From Candidatus Dormiibacterota bacterium (lineage in GTDB: Bacteria > Chloroflexota > Dormibacteria > Aeolococcales > Aeolococcaceae): a stretch of 64,000 bases of DNA. The notes beneath the pieces are model-generated. The model saw only the letters and a list, made by a program, of their open reading frames with translations. It was not told the origin of the DNA and ran no database searches. Below, piece by piece: positions 27,881 through 39,568 of the stretch; the first letter of the stretch is position 1, and each line of letters opens with the position of its first letter. Where the stretch lies: the NCBI GenBank assembly GCA_036521195.1, contig DATDID010000049.1, positions 10,873 to 74,872 of the forward strand, in the 5' to 3' direction. The translations under genes and the position numbers were made by a program.

Positions 27881-28135
27881 ATGAGCACGGAGCTGGCCGT
27901 CCTCGACCTCAGCGCAGCAGACCTACTCTGCTCGGAGCCAGGCCCCTTGGAGCGCGTGCGCCGCGCCTACGCCAAACTCGAACCCGGGGGGCGGCTCGAG
28001 GTCCGATCGCCGATCACCGAGCACGCGTTTGCGGTTCGGGCATGGAGTCGCAAGAACGGAGTGTTGGTGGTCGTTGACGAGGTGTCCGAGGGGTACCGGC
28101 GGCTCGTGCTCGAGGCTCCCGCGGCGGGCGTTTGA
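27881..28135 (+). CDS. small hypothetical protein (DUF2249/TusA-like fold possible)
   Basis: 84 aa. Stop overlaps the beta-glucosidase start. No motif confirmed. Confidence 0.3.
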   Translation: MSTELAVLDLSAADLLCSEPGPLERVRRAYAKLEPGGRLEVRSPITEHAFAVRAWSRKNGVLVVVDEVSEGYRRLVLEAPAAGV

Positions 28136-29496
28136 CGCCCCGCCAGCTGCCGGACGGCTTCCTGCTCGGGTGCGCGACTGCCGCGCACCAGGTGGAGGGC
28201 GGCACGGTCAACGACTGGTCGCGCTGGACCGAGGCGCATCCGGAGGCGATCGCCGGCGGTGGCGACGCGACCATCGCGATCGACCACTATCACCGCTATC
28301 GCGAGGACCTCGCGCAACTCGCGGCCCTGCATGAGACAGCACATCGATGCTCCATCGAGTGGTCGCGCGTCGAGCCGGAGCCGGGGCATTTCAACGCGGA
28401 CGCGCTTTCGCACTATGCCGACGTCGTGCGCACATGCCGCGAGCTCGGCATGGAACCGATCGTGACGCTGCACCACTTTACGTTGCCAACGTGGCTCGCG
28501 GATGCTGGTGGCGTCACTAGCCCGGATGCGCCGGCGCGCTTCGCGCGATATGCCGCCGCTTGCGTTGAGGCATTCGGTGACATGGTCACGTGGTGGATCA
28601 CCATCAACGAGCCGGCGGTGATTGCGACGCTTGGATACCTCGAAGGAACGTGGCCGCCCGGCGAGCGGTCGTTGCCTCTTGCGACTCGTGCGCTTGCCGG
28701 GCTTCTGCGCATGCATGCGGCAGGCGCACAGGCGATCAAGACCGTGACAGCACAGCGTGACCGCGACGCACGCATGAGTAGCAACACGCAAGGGCGGCGC
28801 GGGCGCGAGGTCCAGGTGTCGATCGCGCACCACGAGCGCCGGCTGGTCCCGCGCACGCCGGGGTCACGCCTCGAGCGAACGCTGGCGGCGCTGCCCGACT
28901 ACCTCTTCAATCGTTGGTTCCTGCGTTCGTGCATCGCGGGCAGGATGCTCGCGCCGGTTGGTCACGGGGAAACGGTGCCTGGCCTTACCGGCTCGCTCAC
29001 GTACCTCGGCCTCAACCACTACGCCAACGAGGCCGTGTCACTCGATGTGCGAGCTCCCGGGATGCTCTTCACGAAGCACCAGGCTGTGCCTGGGTTTCCG
29101 CTCTCCAGCACCGGTTGGGCGATCGATCCGTCCGCACTCCGGACGGCGCTCGCGAGCTTCTGGAAGGAGTTCGGTCTGCCGATCATCGTCACCGAGAACG
29201 GCGTTGCCGACGATCACGATGAGTTGCGTCCCGAGTATCTGCGTACGCACCTCACGGCCGTTGCGGATGCAATCGATGCAGGTGTTGACGTTCGTGGCTA
29301 CATGTACTGGACTGCATGGGACAACTTCGAATGGGCGGAGGGCTACACGATGCGCTTCGGCTTGTTCGCCGTCGATCGCGGGACGCTGGCGAGAGTCGCG
29401 AAGCCGAGCGCAGCGATGTACGCAGAGATCTGCCGAACGCGACGGATTCCGGACGCGGCGGTCGCAAAACAGGCGCTGAGCGCGCGACGCGGGTAG
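28132..29496 (+). CDS. bglB: GH1-family beta-glucosidase
   Basis: N-terminal FLLGCATAAHQVEGG, the acid/base TINEP motif (WITINEP), and the nucleophile ITENG motif (IIVTENG). YMYWTAWDNFEWAEGY near the C-terminus. Confidence 0.85.
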   Translation: MTPRQLPDGFLLGCATAAHQVEGGTVNDWSRWTEAHPEAIAGGGDATIAIDHYHRYREDLAQLAALHETAHRCSIEWSRVEPEPGHFNADALSHYADVVRTCRELGMEPIVTLHHFTLPTWLADAGGVTSPDAPARFARYAAACVEAFGDMVTWWITINEPAVIATLGYLEGTWPPGERSLPLATRALAGLLRMHAAGAQAIKTVTAQRDRDARMSSNTQGRRGREVQVSIAHHERRLVPRTPGSRLERTLAALPDYLFNRWFLRSCIAGRMLAPVGHGETVPGLTGSLTYLGLNHYANEAVSLDVRAPGMLFTKHQAVPGFPLSSTGWAIDPSALRTALASFWKEFGLPIIVTENGVADDHDELRPEYLRTHLTAVADAIDAGVDVRGYMYWTAWDNFEWAEGYTMRFGLFAVDRGTLARVAKPSAAMYAEICRTRRIPDAAVAKQALSARRG

Positions 29497-29525
29497 TCGA
29501 CAACACGGGTAAGCGTCTAGGCCAG

Positions 29526-29568
29526 GATCGTGCGCGATCCGATCGTGCGCGATCCGATCGTGCGCCTC
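29526..29568. repeat. short tandem direct repeat (~15 nt unit GATCGTGCGCGATCC x ~2.8) in convergent intergenic region
   Basis: aggatcgtgcgcgatccgatcgtgcgcgatccgatcgtgcgcctc between the bglB stop and the MFS stop. Confidence 0.5.
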
Positions 29569-29662
29569 ACTACCGGACACAACGGTGGTGCCGCTCAGAG
29601 AACGGATGCGGCGCCGTCGCTCGACTCCCACTGCGGCGCCCAATAAACACCCGCCGTTGCCC

Positions 29663-30925
29663 CTATCCGATCGGAAGAGTCACCGCCTCCGCAGCTTCGC
29701 CCACCGCACCAATCACGTCCCTTCGCGAAGGCCCATCCACCGGTGGCGCCTGCCGTTGCTCCTTGCGCGTCAGCAGGTACACCGCAGACACACCGCTCAG
29801 CAGAGCCGCAACCCCAAGCAACAGCCGGTAGTCCACCAGCGCGATCAGTCCCGCACCCGCGGCAATCGACACCGTCTGCGGAACACCGATCAACGTGTCG
29901 AAGGCCGAATACACCCGTCCCTGAATCTCGATTGGCGTCCGTCGTTGAGTGAGCGTGAAGAGCCCGACGAGGATCCACGGCAGGGACGCACCGACCGTCG
30001 CGATGCCGATGATCACGGTGGGTAACGTCGGCACGATGAGCAGCAGCGAGCAGATGGTGAACATCACGCATCCGAGCCCGAAGAGCGCACCTTCATTCGT
30101 GCGCCGCAGCACGGGGCCGGCAGTGATACCGCCGACGATCGCGCCGGCACCCTGCACCGTGGCAAGCACGCCAAGGAACGTCGGCGGACGATGCAGCCCG
30201 CTGCCGACCACGGCGAACGAGATGGTCTCGTAGAACCCGAACGGAAGGATGACGAGCAGACAGGCGATCAACATCTGACGCAGCACGGTTGTCTTCCACA
30301 CATGCCGGACGCCGGCCGTCAGGTCGGTCGCCCAGTGATGCTCGCTCGGCGCCGGCTTCACCTCGGTCACGTGCAGTGAGAACGTCGCAGCGGCCGCGAT
30401 CACGAACGTGCACGCGTCGACGATGGCGACAGCGCCGCCACCTTTCCATGCGAACAAGCCGGCTCCGGCGACGGGTCCGACCAGGCGGATCCCCTGACGA
30501 AATGTTTGCAGGATGCCGTTGGCGTCGCCCAGCAACTCCTCCGGCAACATCTCGCGCAGGAGTGCCGACTCGCCGGAGCCGAGCAACCCGTACGCGATGC
30601 CGTACAGCACCATGACCACGTAGACGAGCCACACCTGATCGCGGCCGTGCACGAGCAGGAGCAGCAGCACGAAGGCGCCGAGCGCGAGGTCGGTGGCGAT
30701 CAGGAGCGGGCGTTTCTTGACGCGGTCGACGAGCATCCCGGCTGCAGGAGCGATGAGCGTCGGCAAGCTGAACGCGAAGAACACCAGACCTGCGGCGGCG
30801 TTGCTGTTGGTGAGGGTCTTCACCCAGATGCCCGCCGCGAGCCAGAGCGCTGTGTCTCCGAAAACCGACAGCAACTGGCCGATGAGATATCGACGCCCGT
30901 TGCGGTCAGCGAGGAGCGCGCGCAC
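29663..30925 (-). CDS. MFS transporter (12 TMS)
   Basis: 420 aa with 12 hydrophobic segments. MFS motif (GMLVDRVKKRPLL). GTG start. Confidence 0.75.
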   Translation of the reverse strand: MRALLADRNGRRYLIGQLLSVFGDTALWLAAGIWVKTLTNSNAAAGLVFFAFSLPTLIAPAAGMLVDRVKKRPLLIATDLALGAFVLLLLLVHGRDQVWLVYVVMVLYGIAYGLLGSGESALLREMLPEELLGDANGILQTFRQGIRLVGPVAGAGLFAWKGGGAVAIVDACTFVIAAAATFSLHVTEVKPAPSEHHWATDLTAGVRHVWKTTVLRQMLIACLLVILPFGFYETISFAVVGSGLHRPPTFLGVLATVQGAGAIVGGITAGPVLRRTNEGALFGLGCVMFTICSLLLIVPTLPTVIIGIATVGASLPWILVGLFTLTQRRTPIEIQGRVYSAFDTLIGVPQTVSIAAGAGLIALVDYRLLLGVAALLSGVSAVYLLTRKEQRQAPPVDGPSRRDVIGAVGEAAEAVTLPIG

Positions 30926-30999
30926 CGATCAGGCTCGCGGCGAGGGTGCGGACGGCGGAGGCACGCACGCGCGTGCCTCCGCACGCTGCCGTTGCAGCA

Positions 31000-31146
31000 T
31001 CAGCTGCGGTCACGGCGTTCGGCCCATGCGTTGAGCATGGTCGAGACGCGCTGCAGCAACTTGCGATTCAAGCTGTCGTGCTCGATGCAATCGTTGCGAT
31101 GGCGCTCGATCGAACGAGCGAGCTCCATGTTCTGCAGGTTTGTCAT
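31000..31146 (-). CDS. small ORF (48 aa) with consensus Shine-Dalgarno, upstream of the MFS gene
   Basis: AAAAGGAGGTAAAC then ATG. Encodes MTNLQNMELARSIERHRNDCIEHDSLNRKLLQRVSTMLNAWAERRDRS. Not in the supplied ORF track (<60 aa). Confidence 0.35.
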   Translation of the reverse strand: MTNLQNMELARSIERHRNDCIEHDSLNRKLLQRVSTMLNAWAERRDRS

Positions 31147-31190
31147 GGCGTTTACCTCCTTTTATTCCGTGTCTTTTCGTGATTCGTCGC

Positions 31191-31826
31191 TCAGCGAGAG
31201 CGATGGGGTGGGCGTGGGTAGGCGAAGAACAGCAGCTCGATGGGGATGGATCCCTTCGGGCGCTTCTTGGGGTTGCCGATGCGCTCGACATACCGCCGAG
31301 CCAGCGCTGTCAGCGTCTCGTCGATCTCGCGGAGCTCGTCCGGTGTGATGTAGAGCAGGAACTCACTGGCGCCGGTGGTCTTCTGCCACTCGGCCGAGAC
31401 CTCGCGGCGCAGCTCGAGGCCCTCCTTCAATCGCTCGAGGTAGAAGTCGTGCAGGACGCGACTCAGGGCATTTGCCGCCAGGCGAGTCTCCGGATCGTCG
31501 CTGACATCGGAGTAGCTCATGCCCGCGTTCACGAGCCGCCACGGGCGCTTGCGACCGGCGACCCCGGCCACCTCCTCGATGAACCCGTATTTCGCGAGCT
31601 GACGAAGGTGGAACGAGCATGTCGTCGGGCTCTCACCAATGAGTTCGCCCGCCTCAGTCGCGGTCAGCGGACCCTCGGTTCCGAGGACCTCCAGCAGCGC
31701 GATCCGGATCGGGTGGGCCACCGCCCGCATCGCCCGAGGGTCGGTGAGCTTGCGCGGCTCATCGCTCGCGATGTGGGTGGTAGGCACCTCGGCGTCAGGG
31801 TTGGAGACATTACTTTCGACAACCAT
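31191..31826 (-). CDS. ArsR-family (winged HTH) transcriptional regulator with C-terminal extension
   Basis: RAMRAVAHPIRIALLEVL...LTATEAGELIGESPTTCSFHLRQLAKYGFI is the ArsR/SmtB HTH. Start chosen at MVVESNV (ATG 31826). Confidence 0.6.
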   Translation of the reverse strand: MVVESNVSNPDAEVPTTHIASDEPRKLTDPRAMRAVAHPIRIALLEVLGTEGPLTATEAGELIGESPTTCSFHLRQLAKYGFIEEVAGVAGRKRPWRLVNAGMSYSDVSDDPETRLAANALSRVLHDFYLERLKEGLELRREVSAEWQKTTGASEFLLYITPDELREIDETLTALARRYVERIGNPKKRPKGSIPIELLFFAYPRPPHRSR

Positions 31827-31894
31827 GTATCGAATTATATCTATCGAGAGATATCTCTGCAAGCCCCAGTTGGTGCTTTGTGACAAGCGGCGTA

Positions 31895-33763
<1,869 letters not shown>

Positions 33764-33845
33764 GGCGGGGTCTCTCGCGCACTCAGGCCTCACAGGTCGG
33801 CCGCCCTGGGTACAGTGGGTGTGACGTGATGAGGCGAGCACGCCC

Positions 33846-34637
33846 ATGATTCGACGACGCCGGCCGGCGATTGCCGCCGCAGGCGTGGCGACCCTTGCGG
33901 CAGCGATCGCGCTGCCGCTGTGGACGCTCGCTTCGGCGAGTTCGGCGCAGTCAGCCACCGTGCTGCCGACGCCGGTGCCCGTGGTGTCGTCCCCGACGAC
34001 GACCGCGACCTCGATCCCCACCGATGCCGGGTCCGTGTATTTGACGGCGCCGATCATCAAGCAGGACATGGCGCTCGACTGTGAATCCGCTGCGCTCGAG
34101 GTGGCGCTCGCGATCCAGGGCATCCACGTGAACCAGGACGAGATCTTCGAGAGCCTGCCCCAGGACGCGCGTCCCGTTCAGCTCGGGCCTGACGGCTATC
34201 CGGAGCGGTGGGGTGACCCGTATGTGGACTTCGTCGGCGACGTCAACGGCTACGAACCGAGCTTCACCGGGTACGGCGTGTACTACCCGCCGATCCTCGC
34301 CGCGGCGAAGCGGTATGGCGCCACCGCTCAGGGAGGCCTCGGCTGGACCGTCCCCGAGATCATCGAGCAACTTCGCGATGGCAACTCCGTCGTGGTGTGG
34401 CTCACCTCCGATTTCAAGGCGCACGCCCCTCGGTACTGGACCGCCTGGGACGGCCGTCGCATTCCGTGGGCTGTCGGCGAGCACGCGGTACCGGTGATCG
34501 GCTATGACCCGGTGGCGAACACGGTGACGGTCGTCGACGTCCTCTACGGGGTGGTGCGGACGCTGACGACCGCGCAGTTCGCGGCCGCGATCACGACATT
34601 CGGCGGTATGGCCGTCGCGGTCGCCGCCCCGGCCTGA
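33846..34637 (+). CDS. secreted C39-like (papain-fold) peptidase domain protein
   Basis: Signal peptide MIRRRRPAIAAAGVATLAAAIALPLWTLASA, then a Pro/Thr linker. ALDCESAALEVAL fits a catalytic Cys in a peptidase_C39_2-like context. Assignment is by fold-level resemblance only. Confidence 0.5.
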   Translation: MIRRRRPAIAAAGVATLAAAIALPLWTLASASSAQSATVLPTPVPVVSSPTTTATSIPTDAGSVYLTAPIIKQDMALDCESAALEVALAIQGIHVNQDEIFESLPQDARPVQLGPDGYPERWGDPYVDFVGDVNGYEPSFTGYGVYYPPILAAAKRYGATAQGGLGWTVPEIIEQLRDGNSVVVWLTSDFKAHAPRYWTAWDGRRIPWAVGEHAVPVIGYDPVANTVTVVDVLYGVVRTLTTAQFAAAITTFGGMAVAVAAPA

Positions 34638-34804
34638 CGAACGCCGCGAGCCGTGGTCCGCCTCGCGGCTGAGTGGAAAACGGTCGGTACTGTGCGCGAT
34701 GCACCAAGATCGGGGCGAATTCGGCGCTCGGTCCGAGTGACGACGTGGTCTAGAATCGCGGGAACGCGTCGAGCTTGTGCATCCAGCCCAGTGGGAGGCC
34801 TCAA

Positions 34805-36145
34805 TTGCCACCATCCAACCGCAAGGAAGCCGTTGACGACCTCGTGGCGAGGGTGGAAGCCGAGCAGGTCCGCCACATCGATCTGCAGTACACCGACGTC
34901 ATCGGCGGGGTCAAGACCGTCACCATCCCGGCCTCGCAACTCGGACAGGCCATCAGCCACGGCACCTGGTTCGACGGCTCATCGGTCGATTCGTTCGCGC
35001 GCACGGCCGAATCAGACATGTATCTCGTCCCCGATCCGTCCACGTTTCAACTGCTCCCGTGGGGCCAGGAGCGCACCGCCCGCCTCATCTGCTGGGCAAC
35101 CACGCCGGACGGGGAGGCGTACGCCGGAGATCCGCGGGGTGTGCTCCGTCGGGCGATCGAGGAGGCCGCGAGCCTCGGCTTCGAGTACCGGGTCGGCCCA
35201 GAGATCGAGTTCTTCATCCTCGAACGTGGCGTGGACGGGTCGCTGAAGCCGACGCGTCACGACCGCAGCTCCTATTTCGACTTCTCGAGCGACGGGAACA
35301 CGGACCTCCGTCAGCGCATGGTCAGCGCGCTCATCAGCATGGGCATCGCTGTCAACACGTCCCACCACGAGATCGCGGGGGGGCAGCACGAGATCGACAT
35401 CGATGCCTCGCCAGCGCTCAAGGCCGCCGACGACGTGATCACCTTTCGATACGCGCTGAAGGCGGTGGCCCAGCAGGCGGGCGCCATCGCGACGTTCATG
35501 CCCAAGCCATTCGACGGCCAGCCGGGCAGTGGCATGCACGTCCACCAGAGCCTGCTTGAGGGGCGTGACGCCGGCAACGCCTTCGCGGGCGAGGACGCGT
35601 ACGGGCTCAGCGAGATCGCGCAGCACTTCATCGCCGGGCAGTTGCACCACGCCGCCGGGATCAGTGCCGTGCTGGCACCGCTCGTGAACTCGTACAAGCG
35701 CCTGGTCCGGGGCTTCGAGGCGCCGATCTTCATCTCCTGGGCCCGCACCAACCGCGGCGCGCTCATCCGCGTGCCGCACGTGGGGCGCTCGCAGGCCACA
35801 CGCGTCGAGCTTCGCAGCCCGGACCCGTCCTGCAACCCGTACCTGGCGTTCGCAGTGATGCTCCGGTGCGGGCTCGACGGCATCGAACGCCGCCTCCCGC
35901 TGCCCCCGCCGGTGGAGGAGTCCCTTTACGGCTTCGACGAGACCGAGCTGGAGCGCCGCAACGTCGGGATCCTGCCCGACAACCTCAAGGACGCCGTCGA
36001 TGCTCTCGAGGCCGACGAGGTGGTGATCGACGCGCTCGGGGACCAGGTGGCAGAGCGCTTCATCGCGGCGAAGCGCCTCGAGTGGTTGGAGTACCGAGGC
36101 CAGGTCACCCCGTGGGAGATCAACCAGTACCTCGAGCGCTGCTGA
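34805..36145 (+). CDS. glutamine synthetase family protein (GlnA2-like / gamma-glutamyl-polyamine synthetase-like, ~446 aa)
   Basis: GS beta-grasp N-domain and catalytic domain motifs (HHEIAGGQHEID; GSGMHVHQSL; NRGALIRVP). GGGAGG RBS 6 nt before the TTG at 34805. Confidence 0.8.
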   Translation: MPPSNRKEAVDDLVARVEAEQVRHIDLQYTDVIGGVKTVTIPASQLGQAISHGTWFDGSSVDSFARTAESDMYLVPDPSTFQLLPWGQERTARLICWATTPDGEAYAGDPRGVLRRAIEEAASLGFEYRVGPEIEFFILERGVDGSLKPTRHDRSSYFDFSSDGNTDLRQRMVSALISMGIAVNTSHHEIAGGQHEIDIDASPALKAADDVITFRYALKAVAQQAGAIATFMPKPFDGQPGSGMHVHQSLLEGRDAGNAFAGEDAYGLSEIAQHFIAGQLHHAAGISAVLAPLVNSYKRLVRGFEAPIFISWARTNRGALIRVPHVGRSQATRVELRSPDPSCNPYLAFAVMLRCGLDGIERRLPLPPPVEESLYGFDETELERRNVGILPDNLKDAVDALEADEVVIDALGDQVAERFIAAKRLEWLEYRGQVTPWEINQYLERC

Positions 36146-36160
36146 CCGGATGCTCGGCTG

Positions 36161-37828
36161 ATGAGCGCGCCGACGATCACCGTCAAGGATGTCTGGCGGG
36201 GGGTGCTGCCCCCCGGCACTGACCTGCTCGGCGGTGGCGGCGGGCTCGAGCGCAGGGTCGAGTGGGCATGTGCCTTGCGCACCCGGCCGCCGGCGTTCGA
36301 GGCGGTCAAGGGCGGCGAGATCGCGTTCGTGCCGGTCAAGAGCATCCGCCTGCTCGACGAGCGCCTCGATCTCCCGCAGGTGATGACCAGCTTCGCCGAG
36401 AAGGGCGGCGTCGCAGTTGCGGTCGTCGGCGACGTCTCGGTCGAGAGCATCGCCGCAGCGGACCGCCTCATGATGCCGCTGCTCCGGCTTCCCGACGGCA
36501 TCCATGCCGGCGACGCGCATCACATCTGTGTCCGCTTCATCCTCGATCAGCGGGCGCTCCTGCACGAGCGCGCGCAGGAGCTGCAGCTCTCGCTCATGGA
36601 CCTGGCGCTCGCCGGGGCGGGTCCGGACAAGATCATCGAGAAGCTCGCCGAGGTGACCGGTCTGCCCGCGGCGTGGCAGGACGAGGCCGGCGAAGTTCGA
36701 TTCCTCACCGCGCCTGATCTCCTGCTCCGCGACGAGCTCACGGCAGAAGCCGTCGCCCTGCGGCGTTGGGGGTTGACCATCGCGGCGCTGGGCGCGGACC
36801 CGCCCGTGCATGAGTTCACGCTGGGCCGGAGCGGACTTGCCGCGTTGGTGAGCCCGGTCCCGATGCGCACCGGCATCGGCGGCTTCGTCTCCGTGATCGG
36901 CGATGACCAGCACCTCGACCAGATCGCTCGCCTCGCTGTCGCTCGGGCCGCATCGGCATGCGCTATCGACTTCGATCGCGAACGCGCGGTCACCGAGACC
37001 CGTGATCGTCTCGAGGGGGAGTTCATCGCATCGCTGCTCACGGGCTCGTACTCTTCGGAGCGAGTCGCGCAGGAACGCGCGCGGCGGCTCGGCGCGGACC
37101 TGTCGGGGCGCGTCACCGTCATCGCATTGCGCGGCACGATCCCCTCCGCGTCGTGGGAGGCTCACGCGCTCCGGGCGGTGCAGAACATCGTCGCGCGCCG
37201 CGAGGTGCGAGCGCTGGTTGCCGCGCACGAGGACGCCGTGTGCCTCGTGGCGATGCCCGAGCACGAGGTCGCCGCCGGCGTCATGTACCGCCTCGCGGAA
37301 ACGGTGCGAGCCGAGTGCGCATCGGCGACCGGGGACACTGCGACCTCGCTCGGCCTTGGCAGGACGCACGATGGCGCGGCCGGCGTTCGCCAGTCCTACC
37401 GGGAAGCCGAGCACGCGCTCGAGATGGGCCGGCGCCTGCTCGGGCCGGGACGGCAGGCGAGCTTCAGCGACCTGGGTCTGCACCGCCTGCTCTTCGCGAT
37501 GGCACAGCACCCAGAGTTGACCGACTACTACCGGGGCACGGTCGGCGATCTCCTCGCCTACGACGAGCGCTCGAGCGCCGAGCTGATTGCAACGCTGGAC
37601 GCGTTCTTTGCCGCCAACGGCTCACCGACGGAAACCGCGCAGCGCCTCCACCTGCACCGCAACACCGTGCTGTACCGGCTGCGCAGAATCGAGGAGGTGG
37701 GTCATCTGCGTCTCGACGACCCGGCCACCCGGCTCAACCTGCACCTCTGCCTGCGCATCCGTGACGTGCTCCAGGCAGGAGCCGCACGGGGCGCTCAGCC
37801 GGAGCCGGAGGCGGGTCCGGACGGCTGA
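36161..37828 (+). CDS. PucR/CdaR-family transcriptional regulator
   Basis: C-terminal PucR HTH (TETAQRLHLHRNTVLYRLRRIEEVGHLRLDDPATRLNLHLCLRI). N-terminal purine-catabolism-regulator-like domain. Confidence 0.7.
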   Translation: MSAPTITVKDVWRGVLPPGTDLLGGGGGLERRVEWACALRTRPPAFEAVKGGEIAFVPVKSIRLLDERLDLPQVMTSFAEKGGVAVAVVGDVSVESIAAADRLMMPLLRLPDGIHAGDAHHICVRFILDQRALLHERAQELQLSLMDLALAGAGPDKIIEKLAEVTGLPAAWQDEAGEVRFLTAPDLLLRDELTAEAVALRRWGLTIAALGADPPVHEFTLGRSGLAALVSPVPMRTGIGGFVSVIGDDQHLDQIARLAVARAASACAIDFDRERAVTETRDRLEGEFIASLLTGSYSSERVAQERARRLGADLSGRVTVIALRGTIPSASWEAHALRAVQNIVARREVRALVAAHEDAVCLVAMPEHEVAAGVMYRLAETVRAECASATGDTATSLGLGRTHDGAAGVRQSYREAEHALEMGRRLLGPGRQASFSDLGLHRLLFAMAQHPELTDYYRGTVGDLLAYDERSSAELIATLDAFFAANGSPTETAQRLHLHRNTVLYRLRRIEEVGHLRLDDPATRLNLHLCLRIRDVLQAGAARGAQPEPEAGPDG

Positions 37829-37851
37829 GCACCCTTGTTGGCCGGCGCTGA

Positions 37852-38970
37852 CTAGTGGAGCAACTCGAACGAGTTGGTCGCGTCGTCCACGAAGTAGACG
37901 CCGTTGCGGAGGGGAGTTACAACGAGACCGAAGAGCGCGCCGCTCCCTGGCGGCGAGCCGCTCTTGTCGAGCCACTGGAACGCGGACTGCATCCCACTCG
38001 GCGTCGTCTCGACGATCCTGCCGTCGCCGGCGTTGACCGTGAGGATGTCGCCGTTGGGGGCCAGCGTGAGACCGAGGGGCGCGTTGAGCCAGCCGTTGCT
38101 GGTCACGTCGGCGCCGCTGAAGGCCGTGCTCGTGCGGTCGAACGCGTCGGGGATTGCCGCGATGCGATTGTCCGCGGTGTCGGCAATGTATAGCGTGCCG
38201 TTCGCACTCACCGCATCCCCGGTCGGGCCGACGACGAGCGCCGCCGGATCCGTCCGCTCGGAGAAGCCTGAGCCGATCACCGTGCTCGAGACCACCCGCG
38301 GAGCAGCGTTGCCACCGGTGTGGAGAACGAGGCGGACCACCGTTCCGCGATTGACGACTCCGCCGCCGGCCGCGACCGTGCCGTTCAGCACGTTGGTGAC
38401 GAACACGTAGGAGAGCTCGCCGCGATCCACAGCGGTGAGATCCCACGGCCCGTCGATGCCGTCCTCGTTGTTGAGCGTCTCGACGAGGTTGCCGTGGCTG
38501 TCGAGGATGATCAGGCAGCCGGCCCTGGCGGTCGGGGACATGCCGTTGGACGTCGGCAGCGAGCCGACGATGACCCACTTGTGCTGCAGGATGGCGAGCG
38601 CGGTCGTGAGGCCGACGCCGCCGGTGCACTCGCCGCTGACCTCACCCGAGGTGATGCGGGCGAAGAGCGAGCGTCCGCCGTGCGGCGTCATCTGCACGAT
38701 CGTCGTGCCGGTCCCCTGTGCGTTGGTGGAGTTGTTGAAGTTGCTCACCAGCACGTCGCCGGCGACGAGGCTGCCCCGGCTCTGCGCGACGACTGCCATG
38801 CCGTACGGGTTGACGTCGCCGTTGAACGGCACCGTCGAGCCGAGCACCGTCACTTTCGTGAGGCCGCCGAGGAACGATCCGCCCGCCGAGGCCGTTACCG
38901 AGCCCGCGGCAATGCCGATGACCGGCAGTGCGACCATCGCCAGCCGGCCGAGCACATGTCTGTGTCTCAC
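37852..38970 (-). CDS. secreted beta-propeller repeat protein (NHL/YVTN-like)
   Basis: Signal peptide MRHRHVLGRLAMVALPVIGIAAG. Body of repeated Gly/Thr/Val-rich beta-blades (repeating TGDAVSANGTLYIADTADNRI-like units). Confidence 0.5.
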   Translation of the reverse strand: MRHRHVLGRLAMVALPVIGIAAGSVTASAGGSFLGGLTKVTVLGSTVPFNGDVNPYGMAVVAQSRGSLVAGDVLVSNFNNSTNAQGTGTTIVQMTPHGGRSLFARITSGEVSGECTGGVGLTTALAILQHKWVIVGSLPTSNGMSPTARAGCLIILDSHGNLVETLNNEDGIDGPWDLTAVDRGELSYVFVTNVLNGTVAAGGGVVNRGTVVRLVLHTGGNAAPRVVSSTVIGSGFSERTDPAALVVGPTGDAVSANGTLYIADTADNRIAAIPDAFDRTSTAFSGADVTSNGWLNAPLGLTLAPNGDILTVNAGDGRIVETTPSGMQSAFQWLDKSGSPPGSGALFGLVVTPLRNGVYFVDDATNSFELLH

Positions 38971-39096
38971 ACCCGGATCCCCCTGGACGCCGGACGACCC
39001 ATCCGCAACCGCCTCCGACGGCGCCCCAGAGACTCGTACGCCTGGTGGTTACGGCGGCCGAAGCGTGAATGGACCTGATTGCTAGACTCGCTCGCG

Positions 39097-39393
39097 ATGA
39101 CCTACATCGTCACGGAGACCTGCGTCGATCTCAAGGACAAGTCCTGCATCGAGGTCTGCCCGGTGGATTGCATCCACGAGGCGGACGAGGACCGCATGGT
39201 CTACATCGATCCCGACGAGTGCATCGACTGCGGGGCCTGTGTGGATCCCTGCCCCGTGGACGCGATCTACGCCGAGGAGGACGTCCCCGAGACGCAGGTC
39301 GCATTCGTCGACATCAACAAGGTCTACTTCAAGGACAAGGCGCTCGCGCGCTCGCAGGTGGCCGACGTCAAGCCGCCTCCCGCAGCCGCCTGA
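39097..39393 (+). CDS. fdxA: 7Fe ferredoxin (FdxA type)
   Basis: [27 protein letters not shown]...[16 protein letters not shown] shows the [3Fe-4S][4Fe-4S] Cys pattern. Confidence 0.85.
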   Translation: MTYIVTETCVDLKDKSCIEVCPVDCIHEADEDRMVYIDPDECIDCGACVDPCPVDAIYAEEDVPETQVAFVDINKVYFKDKALARSQVADVKPPPAAA

Positions 39394-39405
39394 CCATCGA
39401 CGACC

Positions 39406-39432
39406 GGCGTTTGTGCGTCGCGCACAAACGCC
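39406..39432 (+). terminator. strong hairpin downstream of fdxA (12-bp perfect stem, no U-tract)
   Basis: GGCGTTTGTGCG-tcg-CGCACAAACGCC starts 13 nt after the fdxA stop. Confidence 0.4.
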
Positions 39433-39568
39433 AGGGCCAAACCGTCGGTCTCGCTGTCCATAGTTCTGACGGACGCCGATCCCCAGACTTCTCCGTAGAG
39501 AGTGCCGCGGCGATCGATGTGTCCCTCGGTGGCTGCGGTGAGATGTCCACGGTCCCGGAAGGAGCCCT

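Noticed and set aside
35012-37510. 832-aa minus-strand ORF antisense to the GlnA-like and PucR genes
   Set aside because: High-GC antisense artefact. Glutamine synthetase and PucR motifs are unambiguous on the plus strand.
37855-39085. Plus-strand ORFs (for example 38320-39078, 38435-39085) overlapping the secreted propeller gene
   Set aside because: No motifs. The minus-strand gene has a signal peptide and a repeat architecture.
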